Shown here in pieces: positions 48,681-59,001 of a stretch of 64,000 bases of DNA; position 1 is the stretch's first letter, and each line of letters opens with the position of its first letter. The notes beneath the pieces were generated by a model. That model was not told the origin of the DNA, made no database searches, and was given only the letters and a program-made list of their open reading frames with translations. The translations under genes were made by a program, and so were the position numbers. The DNA comes from Candidatus Eiseniibacteriota bacterium (lineage in GTDB: Bacteria; Eisenbacteria; RBG-16-71-46; JABDJR01), in the NCBI GenBank assembly GCA_963762255.1, contig CAVXKA010000003.1:352001-416000 (forward strand), in the 5' to 3' direction.

Positions 48681-50798
48681 TCACCCTGGATACTGCACCG
48701 GCACGAACTTCATGAGCATCAACCAGTCCTGCGTCTCCCCCAGCATCATCTCCTCCGCTTCGGTCAGTATTCGGCGGATCTCAGCAATACTCTCGGCATC
48801 ACCCAGTCGCTCCTGGAGCTTGCGGAGTTCGATGGCCATGTTGCGGCTCCGCTTGCCGAGCCGGGAGTACTCACGGTGACTGCGGAACCCACCGAGCGCC
48901 GCGCCGACCGCAGGCAGGATGATGGCGGCAAGCGTCAGGGCGCTGCTGAGCAGGGTTTCATGGTGCCCCTGGCGAGACACGGCCACATGAGCGGCCGCCG
49001 CCACCATCGCGAGAAGGAACACCGCGGTCCCCCATCGCTCAAGGCGCATCCCCATCCGCTCGCAATCTCTGGCCTTGCCCTCGTGATACTTGATCTGGTC
49101 GCCCACCCAGGCCTTCCCGGCGAAGTCGCGGATGGTCTCGCACGAGCCGCCGATGTGGGTTTGCCGCCGTGAAAGTCGGGTCCAGATCTCGTTGAAGGCG
49201 AGCACCATCCATTGATCGCGCTGCTCGACATCCCCCATGTACGGCGGCACGCGGAGCGTCGACACTTCGCATCCGCAGGCGGCCAGGAAGGCAGCGCACC
49301 TTATGCGCTCGGTCAGGAATCGGGTCTCGATCCAGCTCCGAAGGCTGCGACGCCGATCCGCATGGATCACGACGCCGGCGATGATCGTCAAGAGCAGGAA
49401 CTCGATCCCGAACGCCGCCATCGACAACGAGGGCATGTGGATTCCGACGGCGACCGCGGCGATCGCGAGCGGGAACAGCAGCCAGACGAGGCTGCCCGCC
49501 CTGCGGTACAGTCGCTGGCTCTTCTTGGCGAGGTACGAGGCCTTAGCGTAGTAAGGGAGGAGGTCCTTGCGGACGAGTTCCCTGTTCTCTTCCGGGAGCG
49601 TGTTCCCCTCCGCCGAGCTGAAGATATCTTTGCGGACATTCTCGACGTAGCTTTCCACCTGCTTCCGTCCCGGCGAGTATCCGTTGAAGGTGTCGAGGCG
49701 GGTGATGGACTTGGCGTTCAGGCCGTTGCCGCGCGTCACCCGGATCAGGGAGGGCGATCCGGGTTGAATGTGGATGATGGGCCGCTGCTTGCGCTCCGCG
49801 AAGGCGCGGACTGAGTCGGCGGCCATGCCGAGTGTGCCCGGAGGTTCGACGAGAACGAGCACGTCGCAGTGGTTCACGATGAAGCGACCGGCGCGTCCCG
49901 GCGGTTCTTGCGGGATCTCGCTCTCGACCTTGGCGCCAAGGACCTGATGGAGCCCATCGGCAAGCTTACGTTCCACCTCGGCGTCCGGCCTCGCGAGGAC
50001 GCTGTATACGATCGGCGTGTAGCGAGCTTCAGCGAGCTGCTTTCTCGATGGGGGGTCGAAAAGGCCCAGGATCGCGCCGGGCAGGAACGAGTCTAGCGTT
50101 TCACGCATGCCGTCCGTGGATTCGACGCCTCCTGCGGCCACGACTCCGATCCGAATCCGATAAGGCAAGGCAGGCATGAGATCCGAGTCCGGCGCGTCCG
50201 ATTTGGCGGCGAGTGCGTCCCCACCGAGAACCTCGAAGTTCTCGAAGGTCACCTTCCCCTGCTTCTCGCCGAGAGAAGTAGGCTCGTTGGTGTGGGGATT
50301 TCGATTCCCGGCATGGACCCACGCGATCGGAACGCCTCGCTCGCGCGCGAGTCGGACGATCGCTGCCGTTCCGCCTCGCCCCTGCCCCTTCTTTCCGTCC
50401 CAAACCGCAATGAGGATGTCGGATTGATCGAGGACCGCTGCGCCGGCGGCTTTGTAGGACTCCCCGCGTGTCGGCGCAGTTGGGAGCTCGATGCAGCAGG
50501 TGGCGCGGCCCAAGAGCTGCTCGAACTCCGCCCTTGATTGTGGAGAGGCGAAGTCCTTGGCGTATACGTCAGCGGGCATCGGGAGGATGGCGAGAAGCCG
50601 CGCTTCGGGGTGACGGTCGAGCACATGGGCGGCGACGACGCGATCCGCGCCTTCGGCGAGGGGCGAGACCACGACAACGGAGCTGCCGGGGGACGCGGCC
50701 TCGATACGGCGGAGAGCTTCCTCGATCCCGGCCTTGATCCTGCTCGCGTCCGCAAGAACACGGTGTCCGGTGACGCCGATGCGGACGAGGGACGCCAT
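48681..50798 (-). CDS. SLOG domain, degenerate second SLOG and two SLATT-like 2TM modules (705 aa)
   Basis: RIGVTGHR, SPLAEGADR, SDILIAVWDG...GRGGTA; second RIGV...FIVNHCDVL; two TM pairs followed by W...R...E.IR and helical tails. Confidence 0.75.
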   Translation of the reverse strand: MASLVRIGVTGHRVLADASRIKAGIEEALRRIEAASPGSSVVVVSPLAEGADRVVAAHVLDRHPEARLLAILPMPADVYAKDFASPQSRAEFEQLLGRATCCIELPTAPTRGESYKAAGAAVLDQSDILIAVWDGKKGQGRGGTAAIVRLARERGVPIAWVHAGNRNPHTNEPTSLGEKQGKVTFENFEVLGGDALAAKSDAPDSDLMPALPYRIRIGVVAAGGVESTDGMRETLDSFLPGAILGLFDPPSRKQLAEARYTPIVYSVLARPDAEVERKLADGLHQVLGAKVESEIPQEPPGRAGRFIVNHCDVLVLVEPPGTLGMAADSVRAFAERKQRPIIHIQPGSPSLIRVTRGNGLNAKSITRLDTFNGYSPGRKQVESYVENVRKDIFSSAEGNTLPEENRELVRKDLLPYYAKASYLAKKSQRLYRRAGSLVWLLFPLAIAAVAVGIHMPSLSMAAFGIEFLLLTIIAGVVIHADRRRSLRSWIETRFLTERIRCAAFLAACGCEVSTLRVPPYMGDVEQRDQWMVLAFNEIWTRLSRRQTHIGGSCETIRDFAGKAWVGDQIKYHEGKARDCERMGMRLERWGTAVFLLAMVAAAAHVAVSRQGHHETLLSSALTLAAIILPAVGAALGGFRSHREYSRLGKRSRNMAIELRKLQERLGDAESIAEIRRILTEAEEMMLGETQDWLMLMKFVPVQYPG

Positions 50799-50968
50799 TA
50801 CGCCCACGTGATCCGGTAGCCGGCCCGCTTGACCATGTCTGGGAAGTGCACTACGGAGTTTCGGTCCTTCTTCTGGTCTGTTTCGGACAGCTCTGCGTAG
50901 GGCACCAGCGCCGGATGCAACTTGTTCGCATCATCGCGTTCGTCCACCCAACTGTCCTCCTTTTCCAC
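50798..50968 (-). CDS. Mini RyR-domain ORF (49-56 aa), absent from the ORF track
   Basis: (VEKEDSW)VDERDDANKLHPALVPYAELSETDQKKDRNSVVHFPDMVKRAGYRITWA*; GTG at 50968 or 50947 (AAGGAGG 8 nt upstream); TAATG overlap with the SLOG gene. Confidence 0.65.
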   Translation of the reverse strand: MEKEDSWVDERDDANKLHPALVPYAELSETDQKKDRNSVVHFPDMVKRAGYRITWA

Positions 50969-50973
50969 GTGAT

Positions 50974-53900
50974 CTACGTGCCCTGATCATCGGTACCGAC
51001 GCCATCGGTCGGCGGTTCAGACCCAGCAAGGACTTCGATCGCGAACGGATTCAGTCGGACCGCCTTCGTGCAATGGGGGCAACATCCAAGGAGCCGGGCA
51101 TCCGAGAAAGCGGAATCCGGCAGGTCCAAGCATGGTGATTGACCCGGTCGGAGGGCGTCCATGTTGGATACGATGAGGGCCACCGCGGGGCTGGAGATTG
51201 CGGATTCTTGGTTACACCAGGGACAGTGGATGGAGAGTGAGCCCGTGCGCGCCGAGACCCGGGAAGCGGTGCAGATTCCGGGGCCAAGGGGGACACCCAC
51301 AAGGTCGTAAGTCGACACCTCACCGACTCTAGTCCCGCCAACTGCGCGGTTGAGACGGGCAGAGAAGGCAAGGGCCTCCCACGGCGCAGTCCCCTTCACA
51401 ACGGTCCGGGGCTGTCCGCTCTCCACGTCCCACACTCGCAGAGTCTCGTCGTCACTCCCCGACACCGCGCGGCGACCGTCCGGCGTCACGCTCACGCTCC
51501 TGACCCCCGAGCTGTGGCCTTCCAGCGTGCGCAGGCAGCGTCCGCTCTCCAGATCCCACACCCGCAGCGTCTCGTCGTCACTCCCCGACACCGCGCGCCG
51601 ACCGTCCGGCGTCACGCTCACGCTCCCGACCCCGAGCTGTGGCCTTCCAGCGTGCGCAGGCAGCGTCCGCTCTCCAGATCCCACACCCGCAGCGTCTTGT
51701 CCCAACTCCCCGATACCGCGCGCCGACCGTCCGGCGTCACGCTCACGCTCCCGACCCCGACGCTGTGGCCTTCCAGCGTGCGCAGACACCGCCCGCTCTC
51801 CAGATCCCACACCCGCAGAGTCCGTCGTCACTCCCCGACACCGCGCGGCGACCGTCCGGCGTCACGCTCACGCTCCAGACCGTCGACGCTGTGGCCTTCC
51901 AGCGTGCGCAGGCAGCGCCCGCTCTCCAGATCCCACACCCGCAGCGTCCCGTCGATCACTCCCCGACACCGCGCGGCGACCGTCCGGCGTCACGCTCACG
52001 CTCCCGACCCGCCAGCTGTGGCCTTCCAGCGTGCGCAGGCACGCGCCGCTCTCCAGGTCCCACACCCGCAGCGTCTTGTCCCAACTCCCCGACACCGCGC
52101 GGCGACCGTCCGGCGTCACGCTCACGCTCTCGACCCGCCGAGCTGTGGCCTTCCAGCGTGCGCAGGCACGCGCCCGCTCTCCAGATCCCACACCCGCAGC
52201 GTCTTGTCCCAACTCCCCGACACCGCGCGCCGACCGTCCGGCGTCACGCTCACGCTCCAGACCGTCGACGCTGTGGCCTTCCAGCGTGCGCAGGCACGCG
52301 TCCGCTCTCCAGATCCCACACCCGCAGCGTCTTGTCCCCACTCCCCGACACCGCGCGGCGACCGTCCGGCGTCACGCTCACGCTCCTGACCCCCGAGCTG
52401 TGGCCTTCCAGCGTGCGCAGGCAGCGCCCGCTCTCCAGATCCCACACCCGCAGCGTCCCGTCGTCACTCCCCGACACCGCGCGGCGACCGTCCGGCGTCA
52501 CGCTCACGCTCCCGACCCCCGAGCTGTGGCCTTCCAGCGTGCGCAGGCAGCGCCCGCTCTCCAGATCCCACACCCGCAGCGTCTTGTCCCAACTCCCCGA
52601 TACCGCGCGGCGACCGTCCGGCGTCACGCTCACGCTCCCGACCCGACCGAGCTGTGGCCTTCCAGCGTGCGCAGGCAGCGTCCGCTCTCCAGATCCCACA
52701 CCCGCAGAGTCCCGTCGTCACTCCCCGACACCGCGCGGCGACCGTCCGGCGTCACGCTCACGCTCCAGACCGTCGACGCTGTGGCCTTCCAGCGTGCGCA
52801 GGCAGCGTCCGCTCTCCAGGTCCCACACCCGCAGCGTCCCGTCGATACTCCCCGACACCGCGCGGCGACCGTCCGGCGTCACGCTCACGCTCCTGACCCG
52901 CCGAGCTGTGGCCTTCCAGCGTGCGCAGGCAGCGTCCGCTCTCCAGATCCCACACCCGCAGCGTCCCCTCGTCACTCCCCGACACCACGCGGCGACCGTC
53001 CGGCGTCACGCTCACGCTCCCGACCGTCGAGCTGTGGCCTTCCAGCGTGCGCAGCAACGCGGGCTTCGGGTTGTAGTGGATCTCAGAGGACCAGTGCTGC
53101 AGGAGCATGGGCACACCTAGGGAATAAATGGACTCAGCGACCACCGACCTCACGGGATCGCCAGGTGGACGGTTGAAGGCGTGCTGGGCCACGAACCCCG
53201 GCCACCCGCCGAACTCCAGTAGGGGGTAGCACTCCGATTCGACGAAGGACCCGAAGGCTCGCAATCGGTCGAGTCGCGTCGGGTTCTCGACGATCCGCCG
53301 GCACTCTTCCTCCAGCCGTTCATCGCTCCACGGCTCGACCGAAGGGATGATCTCCGGAAGCGGAGGCGTCTCCTCGCCCCCGTTCCACTTGCGAGCGTAG
53401 TCCACAATCTCTTGCGTCCATCGCGCTGCCCGCGCCTCATGGCGCTCCAGCTCCAGCACCTCCGCTTGCGCCTCGGGCAATGCGGCCAGGACTTGGTGAT
53501 AGTCGCGAATCAGATCGAAGATCTGGCCCGTCCGGATTCGGTCTTCGATGTAGCTCAGATCGGTCAGGAGCGTCTCCAGCTTGTCCCACTGGTGAGTCGC
53601 GATCAGGTGGGCCGGCAAGTGGGCCAGTGTGTAGGCGGATAAGTGCCTTGGCTGCGCCTCGAATTCCCGCCAGCATTGCCTGGCGAGCCGGTTCTGCCCC
53701 TCTTCCATCGACGTGGCGAAGTCGGCGCTGGCCTCGGGATCGGTCAGCCAATCGGCCAGGCTCTGGTGAAACAAGCGCCTCCCCCCGGCGTCGCCGCCCA
53801 AGAACTGCGATAGCGCGGTGAGGCCACGTTTCGTCGGGTGAGGGGCCATACCTGACGCCGCACGCAAGAAGTCGTCCGGCAGTGGCCCCGATGCCGCGAC

Positions 53901-55259
53901 CAGGCAATCCAGCAGCGGTAGCACCTCACTGTCGTAGGCGACACGGTCCTTGAATCGTTTGCGAAACATCGCATGATAGAGGCCGCCTAGTTTTCGGGGT
54001 AAGGCCCCTAGGTCGTCCAGGTCCATCCGCGTCCATGGGTCGCCTTCACCGAGTGCGTCAAGCGTCAGCCTGGCGAACAGGAAGTTGCCGTCCGCCAGTT
54101 CGGCCAACTTCGACGTCGTGCCCGCCTGGCGGGGAACCCTGCCGGACTCATAGAGTCCATCGAGCCGCCGTTTGATGTAGGCAGAAACATCGCGACGGTT
54201 CGGCTCGCCGCCGGCATCGAGATGGCGGCATTGAATGCCGTCCACTTCGAATCTCGCGAGGATGCTCCGGTCGGGCCGGCTTGTGACCACGATGCGCAAG
54301 AAGTCCGGCACGCGGGCCGCCGAATCGGCCAATAGATCCGCCAAGCCGAAGCCAATTTCGGCGACTGATTCATCCAGACCATCCACGATGAAGGTCCAGG
54401 GCTGATCCACCTGGAGCCGGTCGCGGATCTTGCGGAGCGGATCGGCAACCAATGTCCGGAAGAGCGACTCGGGGGGATCCGCCCAGTCGGGAGAGACGGG
54501 CAAGGCCTCCATCACCTCACGATAGGCCGAGAACTGGGCAGCCAGTTGATAGACCAGACCGCGAAGCCAAGAGTCAGGTCGACAAGACTCGATGATCGAG
54601 CGCGAGCAGAAATGGACGCCGCGCACATTGAGCCGCACGCTCATCTGCGCCGCCGCCGCGCTCTTGCCGAACCCTGGTTCAGCGGTAACCAGCAGCAAGC
54701 GAGAACCCGGGGCCTCCACCCACTCCTGAACTTGCTCGAAAAGCCATTCGCGGCCCGTGAAGCTGCCCCCGTGACGGGCGAGTTCTTCTTCGAAGTACCG
54801 TTGCTGCAGGTCGGCCCACCACACCTTGGATGGCCGCGCTGATCCCCAGTCTCGAAAGCCCATGCCTTTGCCGGCCGCAACTTGATCGATGGCGGCCGGA
54901 AGCTCTTTGAACGCCGTGTCGGGATCCGTGGCGGCGTCGATGTAGTTAAGGGACACCACCTGGATGGGAGGAGTCACGTCCGCGATGCGTACGGGGATGA
55001 TCAGCTTCTTGTAGGACTGCGCGAACAGGATCTCGTTTCGACAGAACCCTTCGGGGCGAAGGCTCCAGGGCGACAGTACGGCGATCAGCGCGTCGCTGTC
55101 CGTGATGCCCATCTCGATGCGGAGGTCAAACGGAGCACCGACGGGAATACCGTTCTCGACGTCGAGCCACGGTTCGTGGTTCTGCTGCCGCAGCCACTTA
55201 GCAAGCTGTCCTGCAAACGCCGTTGCGTCGTTGCGGCCGTAGCTGATGAAGATGCGCAT
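50974..55259 (-). CDS. TIR-NACHT/STAND-WD40 NLR-like protein with C-terminal Zn ribbon; frameshifts inside the repeat array
   Basis: IFISYGR...FCRNEI (TIR, catalytic Glu kept), FTGREW, AEPGFGKS, IVDGLDE, VVTSRP; WD40 repeats; CPWC...CPHC. Confidence 0.88.
51415..53055 (-). repeat. 13 near-identical ~126-bp WD40-coding repeats
   Basis: CCTTCCAGCGTGCGCAG recurs 13 times at ~126-bp spacing (about 51518 to 53038); unit LRTLEGHSxxVxSVSVTPDGRRAVSGSxDxTLRVWDLESGRC. Confidence 0.93.
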
Positions 55260-55302
55260 CGCAGAGAGCCTCGCTTCGTGGGTCCTTCAGTCAGGCAATC
55301 TA

Positions 55303-58203
55303 CTACGACCTTGCGGAATGGGTACTGAGAGACGAACTCATGCGCGCCCACGTGATCCGGTAGCCGGCGAGCCCGACCACGTCCGGGAAGTGCAATACGG
55401 AGTCCCTGTCCTTGTCCTGGTCGGCGTCGGGCAACTCGGCGTAGGGGACAAGCGCCGGATGCCGCCTCGCGGGGTCATCGCGCTTCTTCCCGTGGCGCCA
55501 GCCGCTCCGGAGCCGCTGATCCATCCAACCGTCGTGCTCGGCCTCGGCCAGGCGCTCCAAGTGGTACTCGAGATGCTTGCGGATGGCGGCAACCGACTCA
55601 CTCGATGCCTCCTCACTAGATGCCTCGCCCCCCTCCAGACGCAGTCCCGCAAGCGCGAGGGCCGCTGGAATGCGCCGAGCAGCCGCGCGGTTGTCTTCTT
55701 TGTCTACAGAGTCGAGATCCGCGTACGGCTTGTCAAAACGGCGTGCGACCTTCTGCTGCTTGTCTCCGGACAAGATGAGGTAGTTCTTGTGGATCGCCGC
55801 CGCGAGAGCTTCTATGACATCGTCCTGGCCGAAAGGCGCGTGCTCGTCAAGGATCTTGTCGAAAGGCGGCAGGTTGACGTGCATCCCGAGCTGTGGCCGA
55901 GGCGGCAGGGATGAGCGCCGGATGGCCTGCCCTTCGTATGAAGGCTTGAGCGACTGCACAAGCTTCTCGACGGACCGTGCGCCGTGAGTGTACTTGGGCA
56001 CTCGCAGAAGCGCCGCGAGCAGCTCGGGGTCGAAATCGAGCCGAGCATCCTTCGGGACACCCAAGTGCGCTCGAATCAGCAGCGCACGACGAAGGGGCGC
56101 ACAAACGTCGTTCTTTTCGGACATCGGGTCGTCACTACCATCCACGTCAGCAAGACCTTCGCTTCTTGGGTTGGGACCGAGTACGTTGAGATAGGCATCC
56201 AGGCGACTGTGGAAGTCAGGACCCTTCTTGAGTTCGAACTTTCGCCACGCGTCCATGTCGAATCGGGTTGTACCGGGCTTTGGCGGTCCAAACTCCTCGA
56301 ATGTGTGGCTTGTGGCGCCGGCGAAAATGAAGACGCACTTCCCGACGGCGTGACTGATCTGCCCTTCCTGGAAACGCCCGTCCTGCATAGGGGCGAGGAG
56401 AAACTGCAGCCAGTCATACTCACGCGAATCGAATTCGTCCCAGAATACGACCGGAGTGGCTCCACCCAACACAGCGTCGCGGACTTGGTGGAATGCCCCA
56501 ATCAGGTCTCCCACATCCTTGAACTGCGACAGATTGAACTCCCGCCACGCTTCCTTGCCGAAGACGCTGTTGGCGAGTTGGTGCACCCCAAAGGACTTCC
56601 CCGCACCTGGCGGGCCAAAAACACCGATAGAGAGCGGCCTCTTCGCCCCACTGTCCTTCTGGTACTGAATCATCAGCCGTTCGATGCTGCGAAGCGCCTC
56701 GATCTCGAATCGGTCGGCGGTAAGGAGTTTCCCGAACCGTGCATGCGGCAATCGCGCGATGGCGGCTTCACCCCAGAGCACCGTCTGAGTTGCCAATCCC
56801 AGCAAGGACGGCAAATCAGTGGAGCCGAACCGTGATTGAGACATCTCGACGATCTGCCAGACTCTCCTCTGGTCGGGGTCCTTCGGACTCCCGGCATACG
56901 GAGCCCGTTCTTTGTCAGTCCACGGCACCGGTGTCTCCGCGAACTCGTTGCTGCCGGCCACAATGACCTCGGCCAGGCGCTTCGCTGGAAACCCCACCGG
57001 CAATTCCTCGGCAATGGGATGCGGATGCTCTGAAACGAGACCGTGACCCAGTTTCCGAAGATCTCTCATGCCACAGAGTCCGGCCTTGACGGCCGCGCTG
57101 ATCTTGGGCTTCTCCGGCCCGCGCATGATGGCTCGGACCAAGGCCGCGACCATGCAGGACATGTAGCCAAAGGCTTCACCGGGGATCGAACGAGCCCACG
57201 CACCCTCCGCGCCATCGGCATCGAAGACCAAAGTCGCATGTGGCTCCGGTCCGGTGTTGTCAAGCCAGAGAGCGCCATCAGCAGAGAATGTGACAATGAG
57301 GTGCTGGGGCCTTGATGCCATCTCCCGCAAGTTGCGGTCGGATCCCAGCGCCTTATGCAACTCCATGACCGTCCGTTCCCAGGAAAGCCCCGAACCCAAC
57401 TGAGCATGCTCCTGCCTCAGCTCATGCGCGGAGAGGACGACAATCAACTTCTTCGAGTGTTCTTCCTTCAATCGGTGCCACAGATCTCCCTGGCACACCG
57501 GGGCGCTCATCTTCAGGATAATCCACTCGGGCTGCTTCCCCGCTCCCGGGGGAAGCAACCAGCACTCCTCGGCGGCCTGATGACGAAACATGAAGCCTGC
57601 ATCGTCCAGCACAAGCACCCTTGGAGTCGCGGGTGACGGGTCATCAAGCTCCGGCGTGCAATCGGTACAGGGGCCAGTTCCGTCATCGGGGGAGGATTCG
57701 TCATGACCGTAGCCCATCAGGAGGTCCGCACGCCAGACCTGCTTCGGATTCCGGGGACTTGTCGGATCCAGAGGAAACGGCTTCCAGACCGCAAGTGCGT
57801 GATGGCCGCAGGGAGTCTTGTCCGCAGGGGGCATCTTGAGCGGGCACTCCACTTCCCACTGAGCCTCCGGTGCCGGTTTGTGGTTTGCCAGTTCGCCTCT
57901 CGCCTTTACCAGCGCCGTCTCTGCCTCGCTAATCTCCAGTTCCACTCCTCCGTTGCACCGGAGTTCCTCGAGCTTCGCCTCGGCATCCTGGACGGCCTTC
58001 TCTCTTTCCTCCTTCTCATTCCCCGCCACTTTCTTCGCACGTGCAATCGCGGCGTCGATGAGACGAGTCAGCGCCATCGCGCCCCCGGGCTCTCGGACTA
58101 CCCTCACCCCCTGCCGTTCAACGGCAGAAGCAGTGTGGCGCTTGCCTTCATAGATATGGTGATCCACTACCACGTCGCCAGTGACGAGAATCTTGTCTGT
58201 CAT
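55303..58203 (-). CDS. PfkB/HldE-like N-domain, AAA+-type P-loop ATPase and C-terminal RyR domain (966 aa)
   Basis: ILVTGDVVVDHHIY.G...PGGA; GVFGPPGAGKS, VVFWDEFD; LAAAIH..Y...LAEAEHDGW...GWRHG..RDD..R.HPALVPY.EL; RBS GGAGGTG before ATG 58203. Confidence 0.82.
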   Translation of the reverse strand: MTDKILVTGDVVVDHHIYEGKRHTASAVERQGVRVVREPGGAMALTRLIDAAIARAKKVAGNEKEEREKAVQDAEAKLEELRCNGGVELEISEAETALVKARGELANHKPAPEAQWEVECPLKMPPADKTPCGHHALAVWKPFPLDPTSPRNPKQVWRADLLMGYGHDESSPDDGTGPCTDCTPELDDPSPATPRVLVLDDAGFMFRHQAAEECWLLPPGAGKQPEWIILKMSAPVCQGDLWHRLKEEHSKKLIVVLSAHELRQEHAQLGSGLSWERTVMELHKALGSDRNLREMASRPQHLIVTFSADGALWLDNTGPEPHATLVFDADGAEGAWARSIPGEAFGYMSCMVAALVRAIMRGPEKPKISAAVKAGLCGMRDLRKLGHGLVSEHPHPIAEELPVGFPAKRLAEVIVAGSNEFAETPVPWTDKERAPYAGSPKDPDQRRVWQIVEMSQSRFGSTDLPSLLGLATQTVLWGEAAIARLPHARFGKLLTADRFEIEALRSIERLMIQYQKDSGAKRPLSIGVFGPPGAGKSFGVHQLANSVFGKEAWREFNLSQFKDVGDLIGAFHQVRDAVLGGATPVVFWDEFDSREYDWLQFLLAPMQDGRFQEGQISHAVGKCVFIFAGATSHTFEEFGPPKPGTTRFDMDAWRKFELKKGPDFHSRLDAYLNVLGPNPRSEGLADVDGSDDPMSEKNDVCAPLRRALLIRAHLGVPKDARLDFDPELLAALLRVPKYTHGARSVEKLVQSLKPSYEGQAIRRSSLPPRPQLGMHVNLPPFDKILDEHAPFGQDDVIEALAAAIHKNYLILSGDKQQKVARRFDKPYADLDSVDKEDNRAAARRIPAALALAGLRLEGGEASSEEASSESVAAIRKHLEYHLERLAEAEHDGWMDQRLRSGWRHGKKRDDPARRHPALVPYAELPDADQDKDRDSVLHFPDVVGLAGYRITWARMSSSLSTHSARS

Positions 58204-58290
58204 GCGGTCACCTCCGGGGGGAATGATACCAACGCCCACCCAGCCTGTCGTGAGTCGGATTTTGAGGAATGCCGGGGCCGGAGAATCGGC

Positions 58291-59001
58291 TTACTTGGTA
58301 CCGGGCCCGGTGGAGCCCCCACCCACCACCATCCCCACCCTCTCCCCCACATCCATCATCACCATCTCGGGAAAGTCAGCATCCCGTAGGTACGCCATGA
58401 CCGATGCGACGCCAATAGACACCCCCGCCATCGCCACATGCGGGTCGGGCGAATCCGCACAGGTTCCTCCCCAGGACTCGTCATCGCCGTAGAGGGTCGA
58501 CAAGTACTCCTTCAATCCCTCCCGTCCCCGCACCGTGTGACAGCGCACCACGGTCCCCCCGATCCGAACGTCCACCAGCAGACCCAGACTGCGATCCTGC
58601 AATAGCGCCTCGGCAGCCCGCCGCCGCGATTCCATCGTATCCATCCCGAACAGCACGATCGGTCCTGAAGGCCCAACCGCGCCGTCGGGGTACTTCGCGG
58701 GGATCCCCTCGATGGCCACGCCGGGGCACACCTCGTGGATCAACCGCGGCAGCGCCTCCACCTTCAACCGCCGGCGACGCACGTCCGCAGCGCGATAGAA
58801 CTGCACCCCAAGATTTCGCGCGGGATCCAGACGGTCATGGTCGTAGACGCGAATCGACCGGATGCCGGCCATGGCAAGCGCAAGGCACGCGAATGAACCG
58901 GTGCGCCCCGCCCCGATCACACTGACACGCGCCATTTCGAGCCTGCGCTCGAACTGCGACGGTCGCTGGCGGCTCATGTCCCACTCCCCTGTTTTTCGCA
59001 T
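58291..59001 (-). CDS. ThiF/E1-family adenylating enzyme (236 aa)
   Basis: VIGAGRTGS, VYDHD, NLGVQFY, KVEAL, GMDT..SRR, VDVRIG, Cys in GGTC; RBS GGAGG. Confidence 0.85.
   Translation of the reverse strand: MRKTGEWDMSRQRPSQFERRLEMARVSVIGAGRTGSFACLALAMAGIRSIRVYDHDRLDPARNLGVQFYRAADVRRRRLKVEALPRLIHEVCPGVAIEGIPAKYPDGAVGPSGPIVLFGMDTMESRRRAAEALLQDRSLGLLVDVRIGGTVVRCHTVRGREGLKEYLSTLYGDDESWGGTCADSPDPHVAMAGVSIGVASVMAYLRDADFPEMVMMDVGERVGMVVGGGSTGPGTK

Noticed and set aside
51415-53055. CRISPR array or diversity-generating retroelement
   Set aside because: Repeats are protein-coding WD40 units; no reverse transcriptase or adenine-specific template/variable pair in the window
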